From NCBI RefSeq assembly GCF_964355755.1, contig NC_092679.1, positions 4,432,201 through 4,496,200 on the forward strand: DNA of 64,000 bases, given 5' to 3'. The notes under the pieces were generated by a model. The model had not been told where the DNA came from and did not search any database. It worked only from the letters and a program-made list of their open reading frames with translations. Made by a program: the position numbers and the translations under genes. The DNA is from Antedon mediterranea (Eukaryota > Animalia > Echinodermata). Below, one piece after another: positions 35,901 to 50,529 of the stretch (position 1 is the first letter of the stretch; each line of letters opens with the position of its first letter).

Positions 35901-37995
35901 CGTTTTTTTATGTGCAAATTAATACATCTTTCGAACGTTGAAAGAATTTTTATGTGTTCAGTAATAAAATAAATGAACTAGTTTAAATAACCAAAACTTT
36001 GTATACGAAGATTTTAGTATTTTTAGTGACCCATATATATATATGGGTTTGTATTGTTTGTATTCAGACTGGGCATAATTATTGAGATGTGAGAAAGTGT
36101 GTTTGTGAGAATTTATAAACAAAGAATATACCAAGTGAAAAAAAAATAAAGTTCACCAAAGCAGATATTATTGTACCGTGTTGTTTTTATCGCTGTCACT
36201 CTACTGTATCTATTTAGTATTAGACGGAAGTGTGTTATTGGATCTAGTTTTCAAGGAAGATCGTTTACCAGTCATTACGTAATGCCTAAGATAAATTATT
36301 TAATTACTGTACGTACTGTAAAGTAACAATCCACGTTCCGAAATGCTGTAGTTTATATACGACTGTTCCCGTTATAGAAGTTTACTGTATTATACTATAG
36401 ACAAATAAATAATACAGTACAGTATTGCCCTTCTTTCAACAACTTTTTGTGGAGACAAACATTAACTTATTAATTTGTATGTACACACAGTACATAATAC
36501 AACGTCATATAATGTACTCGAATATACAACATGTTACGTCATATATTATTTTTCGACTGTATGTTGTACAAGACAATATTGAACCAATTAGATTACTGGA
36601 TTGGTAACTAGGCTACTTTTGTTAATGTCTCAGTACACTACACGGTTTTTATACGAGCGCGTATACTTCTGTAGCGTCCAACTAATGATCATACACAGCA
36701 TAATAATTGGTTAATAAATCACTGAAGCGTAAACTGAAAACTGACTGATAACTAGTTGTGCATGTCAAAGTACACAATCATTATCTCTACAGTGAGCTTC
36801 CTGTTATTGTGTTCAGTTTAGAAAATTGTTCGTTTGGCGGTCAAAATGGCTGAACATAACACGACGATTGTATAAAATAAATACAGAATAATCAATACAA
36901 TATTGGCTAATGCGGTATTACGTAACTCTATGTTTTGGAAGAAGTACAGTATATACTGTAATTGACAAAGTAGAATACATACAGTACAGTATTAAAACTA
37001 TTATTTTCAGTTTCTATGTGACTATAACATAAACAGAAAAAAATTAATTAGCGTGGTCTGATATTATGTGTACAGTAGTAACATTATTCAATGTATGACG
37101 TAAACGTAAAGATTTGTTTTTAAAAGGTCAAAGGGCAATTTGTTTAGACACCGAAAAAAAACAAAGTTGACGGACGTTCCGGTACCGTTTAAATTGATCA
37201 GAGTTTGAACGCGCGCGTAAAAAAATTGTACCATTATTATCAGAGTTCGAACGCGCGCGTACAATAGTTAAAATCACATCGTATCACAAATACTATTTGA
37301 TGGGTCTCTTCACTTTGACATAAAATGAGAGTCCGGGTTCTTTTAAAGGTCAGAACTGAACCGAAATAAAAACTATTATTACTATGATAAAATGCGTAGT
37401 AATTTGGAGTATTATATTTTAAACCTGGATCATGGTCACCTTGTGTAGGCAGATGAGTGAAATAATACCTTTAATCGGCGTGACAATGCCGATAAGGTAT
37501 ACTGGAAAGTTGATTGGAGATGACATAATTAACAGGAAATCATTATCACTGATTGTTAAAATACTGAATAAATCGTGTGTTATTACTGTATTTCATTTCG
37601 ACTGTTTAGTTAGTGAGATGTTGGACATTAAACCATAGAGATCTCTAGTACCATTAAACACAACACCCAAATTGAGCCTCTCAGAGGTGCCCATTGAGGT
37701 TCTGTACATACTTGTGTAAGATTATATTATAGTTACCTCATTTACACAGGGTGACTGGATAGATCCATTACACTCGGCAACACAGTATTATTTTACCCTA
37801 TGGTTAACCGTCATATTTACAGAATAAATACAAAACAATATAACTTTTACAATCGCGTACGCTGACATAAGTACACGATAAACACAGTTTCAATAGGTAC
37901 TAAAGTTTGTGATAAATAGACTAGGAAGAAACCAGATAAAAACAAGATGCTATGATTGTTGAGACAATCAATCATGACGTCATGTTAAATAAAAA

Positions 37996-38113
37996 AGTTG
38001 GTTCCTACAACGCAAGGACGTAAGCGCAACGCATGCGGGTGGACCAATGACAAATGACAATGGAATAATTCATCGGTCGTCCTTGCGTTTTGCGTCCTAG
38101 TGGGGACGGAATT
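37996..38113. mobile_element. Degenerate MITE remnant (family shared with 50530-50642)
   Basis: CAACGCAAGGACG ... CGTCCTTGCGTTTTGCGTCCTAGTGGG inverted arms. Confidence 0.5.
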
Positions 38114-41100
38114 TAAATCTTAAATTAAATTAAGTTCGGACGCAAATAATAATAGTACAGTAATCACCGTAATAACATGTTAAAATGTGCTGTATAACTA
38201 TAATGTCGATATTATGATAGAGAGAAAAAAAAGAAAATTCGGTGTACGTTTTCAAACAAATGGAACAACATGTAGTACCATTCCCGCGTATATTACAGTA
38301 GAGTAGTATAGTAGAACATGACTTATTTTGGAATTATTTCTAGAACCGATAATGATTTATGGTGGAAAGGAGGAGTATCTCCGCGGATCGTACCATGGGA
38401 TCTGATCAACGCAGTAAAAATGTATTTGGTGATTTATCGGGTCGAGGGTTCATTGGTTAAAACAGAAAACACAAGGGAAAAAACAAAATTATTAATCAAC
38501 ACGTACAACATTGTACCCCACGTCACGTCCACCAGCAAACGCGCGTAAATGATGTAACCACTGAAGCGTGAAGAGCGAGTAAATGTGATTTTATGTCAAA
38601 AAGGTAGAAATGTTTGTAGTGGATGTATAGAATAAGCGAACAGGTTGTTGTGACTGTACTGTATGCTTCTTTTTATTGCAACAGGCGACATTCCTTCGCG
38701 CCATGTTCGGAAACCTGATTCGTAGAAGCGGACTATAGTTTATTTACATTATGAAATAAGATCTACATAGCTTTGCGTTTCACAGTCAGCTGTTCGCTGA
38801 ACGAGGCAGACGACTGATTAACGAGTGCCAAAAATACAGACTAAAATAGCCTTCTACGTCATCAAAAATGATGCGCACTGTAAATAAAATAGGTTTTAAT
38901 GGTCAGGAGAAAGTAGCCGAGTAGCTCAAAATGGTCGAACTCTCATTTTGGCAAGTGACACCACCGGGTCTATGATGTGGTATTTATTACGCTTAGGGAT
39001 CAAATCTTCCAACAATCTGTTGAGCCACTCTATTATACTCATTTGCATAAGTATTACCATATTTTACAAGTGTACACCAAAATAGAATACCATGTGCATT
39101 TTTGAGTACCCAGCGTACTCCAGCTGAACAGTACTGTATAATATAAATTCATTGTTGTGACAGGCAGCAGTATGGAAAATTATATTCCATACGCAATCAC
39201 GTGATTAATACTGTACAGTCTTTAGTGGATAAATACATACACAATCTTGAGAGTGGTTCACATTGAACTTTAAAAAAATGCAAAAATGCTTGTAGAGTGA
39301 GCCAGGATACTAACGCCAGGCTTGCCTTAATTGTGCTGTCATTAATTAGAGAAAATGGCGCTTTAAAACAAATCAACAACCGGTTCAACAAGATTAAACC
39401 GTCGACAGATTTGATTGGTTTCGCTATTATTAATTAAATTACTTATTGACACGAGTCAGTTAATTAACCCATGATTAGCAGTACATCAAACATCGACCAC
39501 GCCTATCTAATAATTACACAAGGCCGTCACTTAATTATTTGCATCTCCAATCTAGGCCTAATTCTTAAATGTATTTAAATAATACATTGTTGCCATATCT
39601 ATTGATTTCTTGATCGAAACATTAATGGTACAGCTGTGACATCACAAGCAATTAAACGCAGTACGCGAGCGTTGAATTGTTGATAGTAATAGTATGCTAC
39701 GACTTATGTACGCGCGCGTTGAATTGTTGATATACGACTTTTGTACGCGCGTGTACTTTATGGTCACAAAACTGTCTGTTCAATCTCAGATTAATTTGAA
39801 TTCAGAAACTTTCAATATTCTTTTACGACCAGATAGGCCAAGTTCTTGCATTGCAGAATATACGCGTGGGTGTGGTGTGTCAAAATGTGTATAGGGGTAC
39901 GTACGTGCATGAAACATTGGCACGTTGGAGACCAAGAATGTAACAACAAAACTGATACATTGCGACTCCATCCGATACAGTAGTTTAGTTAAAAAGATTG
40001 GTTTTAATCAGTTAAACGGGAACTAAATTATCTGTTAATCGATAATAAGCTAATGGTTCACATTTTACACTACAGTACAGTATTATTTCACATATTTTGC
40101 GATAAATATATTGTTGTGTACGTGTGAGTTTAATTCCAATTATAAAGTTTAGATAAAAATAAACACGTTGTTCTCCTTATATATAAAGTGACGACATTTG
40201 ATATAGGTTTAGAGTGGCTAGGCGAGTTGAAATGTCATCAGAGACACCTTATTTTTAAAATTGTTACTTGAGACAGAACATAAATGCTGAATGAGGAAAT
40301 TCAAGTTTTCCTTTAATGCAGAACGGACCACCTTCTACCCAAGAAGACCACCAGAAGCGGTGTCGATTACACCAATCTTGAAAAGTTATCTTGTGACGTC
40401 ATCACGGCCTTGCTCAGAAGTGTTTAAACGTTTCTCAGTGTTTGCGATAAAATATATTTCGTACCTTTAACATCTTGTTACCAAACTGTAAACAACATTC
40501 TACTATACTAGCCTAACAAAGAACAATACCGTATATATACCACCGAAATTCTACAACTTTTTGGCATAGGCTTATCATTTGGGTAGGCCTACGTTCGTTT
40601 CATGACGGACAAAGTTATCGCTAATTTACTCGGGTATACATATGTGTGCATGCCTCGCCTCACCCAAAAGGCCTAAACATGAAACAACCGTCCCAACATT
40701 TCAACAACTACACTGCCCTGTCAATTTGTGACGATAAAATTCGTGCGGTGGAAAATTAAATTACGAATCAAAAACAACATATGAGGACATGACAAGCCAG
40801 CAGACACTCGGATTTCAAAATATTCAAATTCGGTTATAGAAAACTAGATTTTTAAAAGAAAACTCGGATATCAACATATATTTATATCCGAAATGGAAGT
40901 TGTTGAGAATGAAATAAAAAAAAGGTTACCGTTTTATACTTGACTCAGGCTGAAATCACCAACAAAACCACAGCAAATATAAGGCTAAATAGGCCTACTT
41001 GTGACTACACAATTACAAACATATACATTTGAATTCTGAACGTTATGAACGTAAAGTTTATTGGTTTTTGAAGTATTGATGATTGATCTACATCTTGTCT

Positions 41101-41773
41101 CTATAGGGTATAGAGGATTTTTTACCGGATTTTTTACTATGGTAAAGCTACATTTTATCTAAAAAACGGAATTAAATAAAATACCACCCGTAGGCCTATA
41201 AAAAGAATGACAGAAACTAAAATCGTACTAGTTCTTGCATATTGTTTACTGGTAAAGTTAAAACTACATTGTATACAAATTACAATGCAGTTAACCAGTC
41301 ATATAAAACGCCAAATACAGTAGTTAAATATACAAATACGTCATTCCCTGGGAAATAATCCACCAATCACGGAGCTCAAAGCTCGGAAGTTTCCGGGTGA
41401 CTTGAAAACAGTTCATCAACATTCCTTAATTGATGACGTAGAGACGATTTGTATTGTATTTTGTCAGAAGCGTCTCGACCTTTTAAACCTGATAAGAATG
41501 AGTTTTATTTACTATAAATATTATTATTTGTGACGACACTGCATTTGCTTGTTATTCTTTTCGTCAAAGGTTTGTTGTTGGATTGTTGAGTTTTTACTAC
41601 AATTTTCCCTCATGTCTTGATGGTTCAGCTGCCCAAACCTTTTTTGGCCCTGTTCTATCAAATTTAGGATTGTAGGCCTCTATGCCCTTTTTTCAATATT
41701 TCACAAAACAAACTCAGAATGGTGTTTAGAATAACTTATTTAGCGATTGTGTCAGCTACCTATTTTTTATAGG

Positions 41774-41850
41774 AATAATAATAATAATAATAATATACCA
41801 CATTTATATAGCGGCCTTTTCATGAAAAAACATGCTCAAATGCGCTTTAG
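41774..41850 (-). mobile_element. L2-type LINE/SINE 3' end with (ATT)n tail
   Basis: Minus strand AAAGCGCATTTGAGCATG...CATGAAAAGGCCGCTATATAAATGTGGTAT(ATT)n, the characteristic L2 terminal stem-loop pattern. Confidence 0.65.
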
Positions 41851-42678
41851 ATAGATACATAAAAAGACAGACAAAAAAGGTACATAAATACACAAATATA
41901 TAAAAGTATGGATACAGTTTAAAATAAATCTATTTTAAAAGGTGCACAAAACTCTTTTATTTTGAGGTTGGGGTGTTTTCGTAATTTTCTTATTATAAAG
42001 ACGGACTTCTTTCGAGACTCCTCCTGAAGAAATCTTTTCACTGTTGTTAGGCCTACATGATCTATAGGATCGTGTGTTTTAGAATACCATATTTAGCAAT
42101 TTTGGCAGCTACATCCTATTATAGGAACAAAACTGCAGGTGGCTCTAAACCCAACTGTTGATGATGCATCTTGGGTTATAAGAACGCGATTGCGTGACGT
42201 CATACATTCGATTTCAATCTTTTGTTGATAACAAGTTCTGTGTGGCTATGTCGTCACAAATTTGAGGAGGGCAACTTGTCAAGTTCAAAGATCATTATAC
42301 TGGTAATGTTACCGAATCAAGAAGGAAAGTTTCGTCATTCTACGTCACATAATTCAAAATCATGATGTAAATAAAATAATAAATATTTTTCTTACAGTAA
42401 AATAAAGACATTATCTTCAAACTTAGGTTATACGACTTCTCCCACATATAATAATATATAAGCCCTATGCCTTAAACTGGATTTTAAAAAAAGGAGATAA
42501 TGATACGATGATAACAATGACAACACAATGCTGTACGGTAACTTTATTGAAAAGGTTATTTTTAAGGTAGCTTCATAAAATGAACAGCAACAATACAATA
42601 TAAGCAACGGGACAATAACTAAACAGAAAATCTAAAAATAAAACTTTGAGTGGTTTTTGTTTATATGTTTTAGCTTAA

Positions 42679-43224
42679 AGATGTATTGTCCCTTTGACTA
42701 ATTCCAAAAAAATAAAAAATAAAAGATTTCGAAAAAAGGTGGGTCATTTTGAAGTATCATAATAGTTATTAACTATCACCAAAAATTTTTCGGAAAAAAA
42801 AAATTTAAATGAAATACAGACGTTTTTTTGTTAAAAAAATAACTTTGACTTCCAGTCAAAGTTTTCAATCAAAACATATCCCATAATGAAACGCACTTGT
42901 TTGGCTACTCTGTATGCATAATCATAAAACTTCCTCATGATCTGTGTGAAAATACCTTCTTAACCGTGACGAGTTGTAAACAATCCTAATTTAGCATATG
43001 CATAATGCGTACTCATAGTTTGAAATCTTTGTTTACTTTCGCTCGTGACGATTTTCCAGATGAAATGTAATTAAAGTAATTTACCTGTTAATTACGTAAA
43101 CTTGTTGTTTTTGGCTCAAATTTTCGACTTAAAGTGAATAACTTTATTATTACTTTGATATGGCCACTTTAAATTTAGAATATTTTGACCTTCATTTTTT
43201 TGTGTTTCAAGGGACAATACATCT
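42679..43224. mobile_element. Non-autonomous Kolobok-like DNA transposon (546 bp)
   Basis: TTAA|AGATGTATTGTCCCTT ... AAGGGACAATACATCT|TTAA: perfect 16-bp TIRs with a TTAA TSD and AG..CT termini. These termini are Kolobok-like rather than the CCC of piggyBac. Confidence 0.85.
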
Positions 43225-45227
43225 TTAACCACAAAGAAAAATCCAACTGTCATTCGTCAGTAACATCACGCTATCGAATCAGCTGAATCTCGGTTCATTA
43301 TTCTAAAATTTATATTTGTAAACTTATTATTTAATAAATATATAACTAAATTCCATTCAGTGTAACGTCATGACGAGAAAGCGCGTACAAACGTTGATAA
43401 CAATGGTGATCTCTTACACGCGCGCGCCTCAACTATAATGTATTCTTCACACCACGGAATAGACACGCGCGTACAAACGTTGATGACGACCTTTTACACG
43501 CGCGCGTCACCAATATGTCTTCTTTACTAACGTAATTTCTAATTTTGCCTAGGTCTATTAAAAATAAAAAACAAAATTTACAGTTTGTGGAAACGCGAGA
43601 CGCGTAAACATAAATATGTTAAAAGGGGTGGTATGGTATCATTACAACAAATGACTATCATAAGGAAGGAAATTGTATGCTGTTGCACGCATGCAATGTT
43701 GTATCTCAAATGCAATTCAAAAATATACTTTTCACATTAATTCCGCGCGTTACCTGCTGAGGTTAACTTCCTAAAAAATGAATGCTCAATCGCTTGAAAA
43801 CAATCGGCGTCTGTGCTACACGCGAAACTAATAATATAATTGGGATGTTTAAGCTCCAGCACTCGCACATTGTTTACTTGATTACGTAACGGTTGGTTTG
43901 TATTGTTTGTATTCATACACAAACTTGAGATATAAATCTAACCATTTATTACCTAAATAGGTATATTCAGCATAATGCATTTTAATTCGTAATTTTATTT
44001 TAATGAAATGTATTCTAATTTTCTCTTACTTTGATTATCAGTAGAGATTATAGTGAAACATATTATTTCTATGTTTATAATACGACAATAAAATATACAA
44101 AGGTTAATTAATTATGAGTGAGGGCAATGACCTCTTATTTTTCTCAGAAAGAATATCCTCTATTTCGGGCCAAACGAAACAATTTAAAATGATTTCCAAA
44201 TAAAAATAAAAATTTAAACAAACATTAGGTCTATAGTACAGTATAACATTAAAAATAATGCTTTATATCATGACGTCATGAATGAGAACTAAAGTGGAGC
44301 ATGCACGTAGTAGGCCCACTATTGCATTTATTTAGTCACGTGGCTTTAAATTGGCCTTGCTGCTGTTGTATAGACTGTCGATGCAGGTACGGTACTGAAA
44401 TCAAACATCCGGGTTTACCGGAAACCATCAATTATATATCAAGATGGAAAGCATAATTAACGATGTTATCAAATTCAACGGTGTATTTTCAAGTCACTGC
44501 CCCAATTGAAGAGGGGAACACACATTACGCGCGCTTTATTCCAACTGGACTACTACTGGTAGCAGCACGTGCGGCATTAAATCTGAGTTTCGTCGATAAT
44601 AACTAATCTATTCATTTAGTGTGATCATTATTTTATGGACACATAAGCTGGGATCCTAGTTATTCCGCGGGGAGTGGGTTCATCCCCCTGGGCTGAAATT
44701 ATTTCAATTCATGGTCATCATACGCTGGAAGCTAACTATGCATGTGTATGTTTTGTTGCGTGTAAAACTGTCAGTAGGCGTCAAGACTTACACGACAGTG
44801 TTCTGCTGACGACGCTCTGGCGCACTCCTCCGAGTTTTGGGTGTGACAGATCATCCTCAGGGTTCGCCTGCAAACAGAGATATTACCTAACTTGCTGTGT
44901 TGTTTTCTTCTCGAAGGTTATGTTACTAATTTACCTAATTGCCTAATTACGGAGACAGTCTAGAAGGAGAAATGAGCTACTGTACTGTAAAATACTACAT
45001 AATGTTTACTTTGATCATTTATGGAGGAGTTCTTTGCTGTAAAAGAGGTGATGCGGAGGGGACTGTTGATACCGTGTCGTAAGCTCAGTGACGTAATCAT
45101 ACGTTGTTTTATGGTTAAAAATGGCTAAAGGCTGTTCATCCCCTCCTAAATCCGCCTGACTAAAATGGTGAGGGGCGGTAGGCACATGAATTGGTGGGTC
45201 TCATTTCAGAGAATACACATGGTAGAC

Positions 45228-45630
45228 TATGGCGCGCCAAGCTGTCATTTATTCGGAAATAAAGATATCTTAGTTTTAAACTAAGATATCTTAGTTTAAA
45301 ACTAAGATATCTCTATTAATAGAGATATCTCTATTAAAAACTAAGATATCTCTATTTAAAACTAAGATATCTTAGTTTTTAATAGAGATATCTCTATTAA
45401 TAGAGATATCTCTTTTAATAGAGATATCTCTATTAATAGAGATATCTCTATTAATAGAGATATCTCTATTTAAATAGTTTTAAATAGAGATATCTATGTT
45501 AATAGAGATATCTCTATTAATAGAGATATCTCTATTTAAAACTAAGATATCTCTATTTAAAACTAAGATATCTCTATTAAAAACTAAGATTTCTCTATTG
45601 CTTGAATAAATGACAGCTTGGCGCGCCATA
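45228..45630. mobile_element. Non-autonomous IS3EU-like MITE with internal palindromic minisatellite
   Basis: Perfect 27-bp TIRs TATGGCGCGCCAAGCTGTCATTTATTC; 6-bp TSD GTAGAC (45222-45227, 45631-45636). The interior is made of 18-21-bp AATAGAGATATCTCTATT / AACTAAGATATCTTAGTT units. Confidence 0.88.
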
Positions 45631-46249
45631 GTAGACGGTTACATTAAAAATAGTACAGTGATAGTAGTATTATTGCTTTCAAAAGGGCAGTCTCATCTTG
45701 TGTAAGACTATGGCGATCTCTAAAGTAGTACAGTATACTAAATAGAGGAAAGCGTATCAAAACACAACCAAAATTGTGGAGAATCCGATACATGTAGTAC
45801 TACAAACTATGACGTAACCAAGTCAAAGCTACTTTAATTCAAGGCCAGATATTTAGCGTCGTAGTTCCTGTCAAGTGGCCTTGTTATTAGAAGGAAGCAT
45901 GACGTTGCGGCGTTCCATATTTCGTATGAAACGCTTAGTTTCACTGCGCGTACATTGTGATCATGATTCAGAAAGACGAACGTGCATTAAACTGTACGTA
46001 GGTGGAATTACTCAGCAGACGTTGGAAACGGATAAAGACTGAGCGGTGCCATTTAAATTTATTTTACAGATGTATTTGTATACAAAGATCAAAATGAATT
46101 AATATAATAAATAAACAAATAAACGTAAACAAATGTTACGGTTCTCAAAAAGTTACAAACGGCTTTAAAATCCCCGATGGTAAAAGTTCATAAACATAAA
46201 TATTTTAAGCACAGATAGATCCTGTCGTGGGATAGATTATTAATATCAT

Positions 46250-46482
46250 GAGTTATTCAAGGGAGGCGTTTATTCGGAGGAGGCGTTATTTTGTTGGGTG
46301 TACAGTAATATGAAACATGTTCAATCAAAATACCCACTAGATATGAAAAAACAATTAACAACTAAACACAATTAATAGTGATTTTTATTTGAGGAGGGGG
46401 AGGGGAGTTTATTCAAGAGGGGGGGGGGGGGCGTTTATTCAAGATGGGGGGGGGGGGGGCGTTTATTCGAATAAATACGATA
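46250..46482. mobile_element. Tc1/pogo-type MITE end with G-run expansions
   Basis: Repeated GGCGTTTATTC subterminal motif ending GGCGTTTATTCGAATAAATACGA|TA; the other end was not found. Confidence 0.5.
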
Positions 46483-46580
46483 ATCAAGACGGATTGTGAT
46501 TGTTATGTTCGATTTAAAAGTACATTAGAGAAATTATGAAATAAAAAAAAAAGACTGTAAAGATGAATACTGTACAATAA

Positions 46581-46660
46581 TTTTTTTTTTTTTTTTTTTT
46601 TTTTCATTTCATTTATTTCAATATCATTATCGCAGCCTTAGCTGAATTACAAAGATATTT
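46581..46660 (-). mobile_element. LINE 3' end (AATAAA-TGAAATG-polyA)
   Basis: Minus strand AATATCTTTGTAATTCAGCTAAGGCTGCGATAATGATATTGAAATAAATGAAATG followed by an A run. Confidence 0.55.
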
Positions 46661-47526
46661 ACATTTGTTCAATATTAAAATTTGTAAAAAAGTATAAAAC
46701 CAATGATAAAAAAATATAAAAAAGGAGGAAATTTACACAAGAAAAACAATAATAAGTACTGCAATGTTTACGTATACGGTAAGATACCTATAATTTTAAA
46801 ATAATTATGATTTAACATAAAAATATTTCAAATTGGTAATATATTTTATGCTAGATAGAACATCATAAAATAATTTTCCCCTCAGAAAGAAAAATCCGAT
46901 ACCGCGTATGAAATAAAAAATAATATAGTGCAAAGTGAAGTTATGAAATTTGTCTCGTCACGCTATGGTTATCGAAAGTTACCGTATATAATAATTAATT
47001 TATTATGTAATATACACGCGCTGAGAAGACTAAATAATGATTAAAAAACACGAAAATATTTTCGCGCCAAAAAGAAAAACCGAAAACTCATCGAGATCCT
47101 GTCTACATGTCGATTGCCGGCTCACTATGGAAGTATAATATAATATCCAGTGGTTTTATTACTGCACGCAACATGACGGATTCACAGCTTTGGGATTTTT
47201 GAAAGAAATTTCTTCCACCAGCAGCATACAGGTTCGTGTTTGGAGGAATTAAATTAAATTTTGCTGTATGTAAGTTATTAAAATAACATTGCCGTCAACA
47301 ATGAAATAAACACTTTCTCCAATTTCCGAACGACAATACGTCCTGAAATAATGAAATACGCCTAGGACTTCATAGGACGACGACACAATAATTAATGCAT
47401 TTATTCATTTATTTACAAACATTTCCTGCTTCAATCAAAGACTACGTTACCTAATTATCAAAAACTGTCCGACAATGAACTTTTATCAACAATGCGTTGT
47501 ATAATAGGCTACACGTAAAAATGGTG

Positions 47527-47606
47527 ATTTATTTATTTATTTATTACCATCTTTACTGAGGGTAGCCTATCCAGTTCCCAATGGAACTGATCATTTAGGG
47601 CCCTCG
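47527..47606 (-). mobile_element. L2/Crack-type LINE 3' end with (TAAA)n tail
   Basis: Nested stems GAGGG..CAGTTCC-CAAT-GGAACTG..CCCTC adjacent to (ATTT)n. Confidence 0.6.
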
Positions 47607-50004
47607 ATAAAACATACATACAGTAAAACACATAACATATTGAATATTCAAATGACATAAAATAGGCCTAAAAATTTACAATGGTTATAAAATTCATATA
47701 GAAGTTAAAATCGTTGACAGATAAAATATATATATATATACACAATACGAACAATATTAGCTGGAAATAAATTCTTTAAAAGTTCACGTTTCATTATTGC
47801 GGCTACGCACGCGTAACATTTATGTTTGTGACGAAAATTGAAATTAATGAATTCAAGGAAATTATACTTTTTGAAGAACAGTACATCTAGGTATGGTGTA
47901 CATGAAGGGGTTTTCTAAAAAAAATATAATTGTCGGAACAGCTGCTGCTGTCTCAGAAAGGGATTTCGTGGGAAAGTACAAAAAGTGACAATATTCAAGA
48001 TAAAACTCCAAAATCCAAAAGGCACCTTGCTTCCCCATGCGGAAGTTGTACTCTATCGTACAGGATACGTGACGTCACAATAGGAAGCTTATACGATACA
48101 GATAACTACTTCCTGAATGGAATTGCTATTCAGCTTACTTAATATATTAAAAAAGACTTGGTAGACAACATTTTAAGAGTAAACATAACAGTTATAACAG
48201 CAACAATGCACAGAATAAGATCTACTGTATCACCCTTAAAATCATCATTACCCGTTATTATATGTGCCGATAATCTAATTCCTAAGTGTTTGGGCCATAG
48301 AGAGGTATACACTTAAGCATTCCATGTTATATACGGTAACGGCCACGAAACATTGCACGCGTGTGCTCTAGACTCAATTTCGATTCGGAAAACAGAATCT
48401 CGCAAAGCATTAAAGAAGACAAGCAACGATTAAAGAAGTAAATGATGATAATTTGAAAAGGGACATAATATAAAAAAAAAAAAAAAAAAAAAAAACAATC
48501 TTAAAAAAATAAAACAATTTAGAAAAAAAAAGTATTTAAAAGCGTGAATCAAATAAACGATTAAACTTTCTTAGAAGTAAACCTCAGCAAACCGCGTAAA
48601 ACTATACGGACCTAAGTCTAATAAGACGGAAGGCGCCATAAAGTATTACAAGAAAGTTTGTTAACAAAAAAAAACATATTTTAAAACTAGAAAAAACCGC
48701 AAAGTAACTCTCTTATAAAGTCACGAGGAATCAGAAGCTAAATTAGTCTGTAAGAGAGCATTATTAACACTACGCAATTAATGATGATTGATTTAATTAA
48801 CGTCAGTTAAACATCAGCCAGTAACGCATCAATGCACACGTTATTTGACGCGCGCGTACTAACGTTGGTAACTTTATATACCGGTATATACGCGCGCGTC
48901 CATTTTATGTATAGCGGAAAAACGGTAATGACGGTAAGGAATCATGGGAAATAATATTAATTAACACAACAACTGTCAAATTGTCTACACAGACGGTAAT
49001 AATATAACTATTGTATGAAGTTAAACTTAGCCCCAGAGAAGAAAACACGGGAGAAAACACTGTTGTAGTTTGCATCACTGGTCTTGGTCCTCAATAGTTC
49101 CAGAGCCCACTAATATAATTTAGATTATTCTAAACGAGTTCAGCCTTTCTATCATATGATTGTCATGCATATGTTACATTGTTATCAATGATTCAACAAC
49201 GGAAATTAAATATTAACTTGTAATATTTGCACACCCTTGAGAAAGAGGATTTGAAGTTGACCTTTGACGGCGATTGCGTCCCATATCTGAAATCCGGTGA
49301 TATGGCCTTTGGAGACGGATACGGGCTTCACCCCATAAAAATACCCATATAGTTTTATTTTTATAACATCAACAACTGTGCCAAAAAAAATTCCTACTAT
49401 CGTTGTTTACAAAGTGTGACAATAGAATTAGGACATCACCGTGACGAAGGTACTGGATGGAGCACACAGCTCCAGAAGGAGACTATACCAACTGGTGGGA
49501 GACTACTTACTGGTGGTAGACTACTCAGCTCCATACAGACTGATCACGAGTTCTCTGGTCGTAATGATTGAACCTAATTATCATCATCTCCGACGTGATT
49601 GTAGTTAGTCACCACCGGTACAAAACCGCTGTTTTAAAGATAAATTAATATTCCCAGTGTTCACGAAGAAAACAATAGTATTATCTGAAGATTACATCAT
49701 CATTCACGTCATGTCCTTGGCATCATCACCGCCATTACGTCATGTCCATCATCATCATCATTACAAAAATATTGTATCCTCTTACGGTCGACATCATTGA
49801 GTGACTATAGTTACAAAATTATACCATCCGTCGACGAGATGACAATCGGCATGATGAAAATGACAATCGGCATGATGACACGGCATGATGACAATGACTA
49901 TATATTTCTTATCAGACACGATCATCAAAATCATCATAATCGACTACTTTGATAATCGACATAACCATTCAGAGTCTTCCTCATCATATAGACTTTACCA
50001 TTGC

Positions 50005-50528
50005 CCACAGCATCCTCCTTATCATCGACGTCACCACTGTCCTCTTTTCCAGTTTGTCCTGATCATCGATATCACTACTGGTTACAGCATTTTCTCTTCT
50101 TCGTCGACAGCATCCTCCTTATCATCGACGTCACTATTGTCCTCTCTTCCACAGCTTGTCCTGATCATCGATATCGTACTGGCTACAGCATCCTCTCATC
50201 TTCGTCCACAGCATCCGCCTTATCATCAACGTCACCACTGTCCTCTTTTCCACAGTTTGTCCTGATCATCGATATCACTACTGGTTACAGCATCTTCTCT
50301 TCTTTGTCCATAGCATCCTCCTTATCGACGTCACTATTTTCCTTTTTTCCACAGCATTGTCCTGATCATCGATATCACTACTGGTTACAGCATCTTCTCT
50401 TCTTTGTCCATAGCATCCTCCTTATCGACGTCACTATTTTCCTTTTTTCCACAGCATTGTCCTAATCATCGACATCACTACTGGTTACAGCATCTTCTCA
50501 TCTTCGTCCACAGCATCCTCCTTATCAT
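50005..50528. repeat. ~100-bp tandem repeat, about 5 copies, built from ~33-bp subunits
   Basis: AGCATCC(T/G)CC recurs at ~50009, 50109, 50210, 50312, 50412 and 50512. Confidence 0.9.
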
Positions 50529-50529
50529 A

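Noticed and set aside
44640-44890. GC-richer stretch with GGTTCATCCCC (B-box-like), possible SINE or exon
   Set aside because: No clear A box, tail or TSD, and the ORF has no recognisable similarity.
49885-50465. His/Ser-rich ORFs
   Set aside because: Translations of the ~100-bp tandem repeat; the frame shifts between units.
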